DNA of 64,000 nucleotides from Candidatus Krumholzibacteriia bacterium (GTDB lineage Bacteria; Krumholzibacteriota; Krumholzibacteriia; G020349025). A program made the translations under genes and the position numbers. The DNA lies in NCBI GenBank assembly GCA_035649435.1, contig DASRJO010000063.1, positions 1,309 through 65,308 on the forward strand, written 5' to 3'. The notes under the pieces are model-generated. The model made no database searches. It was not told where the DNA came from and saw only the letters and a list, made by a program, of their open reading frames with translations. Below, one piece after another: positions 63,452-64,000 of this stretch. Position 1 is the stretch's first letter, and each line of letters begins with the position of its first letter.

Positions 63452-64000
63452 GTGACACGACGCGTTGCGTTCGCACTGCTCGTCTTCGCCCTGGCGCTCG
63501 GACTATTCGGGCCGTTGCAGGGCAAATCCCGTGCTCCCGAGACCGAAATCGTCCTGCTGTACCACAGCGATACCAAGGGCGAGATCGAAGAGTGTGGGTG
63601 AAAATCGGGACGCAAAGGCGGCCTTGCTCGGCGAGCAATGGTCATCCAGAAATATCGCAAGGGTCACCCCAACGTCTGCGTCGTCGAAGGCGGCGGCTGG
63701 GCCGAGGGCCAGAGTGAATCGCAGAAGTTCCAGAGCCTGTTCGTGGCACGCGCGATGGGCGACCTGGGCTATGCGGTCGTGAACGTCGGCCCGTCGGACT
63801 TGCTCTACGGCATCGAGACACTGAAACAAGCGGCGAAGTCGAACCACTTCGCGCTCGTGTCGGCGAACCTGAAAAAGAAATCGAACGGCAAGCTGCTGTT
63901 CGATCCTTACGTCGTGCGCGAGCTGGGCGGCGTGAAGGTCGCCTTCCTCGGCGTCATGGCGGAGAACTCCAGCATCGCCACCATCGAACCCGAGGTCGAT
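63452..64000 (+). pseudogene. UshA/5'-nucleotidase-like metallophosphatase homolog with degenerate active site, interrupted by an in-frame TGA at 63599..63601. It is a candidate pseudogene or a Sec/readthrough gene, and it runs off the window end.
   Basis: A GAGAGGGG ribosome-binding site precedes a GTG start. Signal peptide FALLVFALALGLFG. The ORF reads ...LLYHSDTKGEIEECG-TGA and the same frame continues KSGRKGGLARRAMVIQKYRKGHPNVCVVEGGGWAEGQSES...GYAVVNVGPSD...FALVSANLKKKSNGKLLF. This aligns colinearly with the UshA/CD73 N-terminal domain (HTNDHHG...GGxAR...GGD...GNHEFD...FPLLSAN). Confidence 0.45.

Noticed and set aside
63590-63610. Possible frameshift joining the two halves of the nucleotidase-like gene.
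   Set aside because: On checking the codon phase, the downstream homology is in the same frame as the upstream ORF. The interruption is a single in-frame TGA, not a frameshift.
61626-63638. 670-aa minus-strand ORF opposite the membrane protein.
   Set aside because: It is R/P/G-rich. The plus-strand ORF has transmembrane helices and a balanced composition.

Overview
The window is 64 kb of high-GC (about 70%) bacterial chromosome with dense coding and strong GC3 bias. Many long R/P/G-rich antisense ORFs are produced by the high GC content; I treat these as spurious. The ORF track labels GTG/TTG starts as M, so several real starts are non-ATG. Most content is housekeeping: sucA, gltX followed by tRNA-Gln and tRNA-Glu, glpX, sbcCD, a ugd-rfbB-wecB-wecA polysaccharide-precursor cluster, miaB, tsaE-tsaB-rimI, accD, folC, an ROK glucokinase and an LptD-like outer-membrane protein. 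Between these lie envelope, secretion and signalling genes. These include a PorX-like PglZ response regulator with its histidine kinase and a secreted beta-propeller carrying a T9SS-type C-terminal domain, which suggests an FCB-group or Gemmatimonadota-like organism. There is also a GT39-like glycosyltransferase fused to TPR repeats, a spermidine-synthase-like membrane/TPR fusion and a sigma-54 activator with an N-terminal TPR domain. Two paralogous Cys-rich secreted proteins share a conserved C-terminal motif, and one sits next to a CPBP/Abi intramembrane protease. Other unusual features are a tandem 4-repeat lipoprotein, small DUF3303/DUF3291 genes directly downstream of sucA, a roughly 0.9 kb apparently non-coding gap, and an in-frame TGA inside a catalytically degenerate UshA/5'-nucleotidase-like gene at the window end. 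I found no CRISPR array, transposase or integrase.
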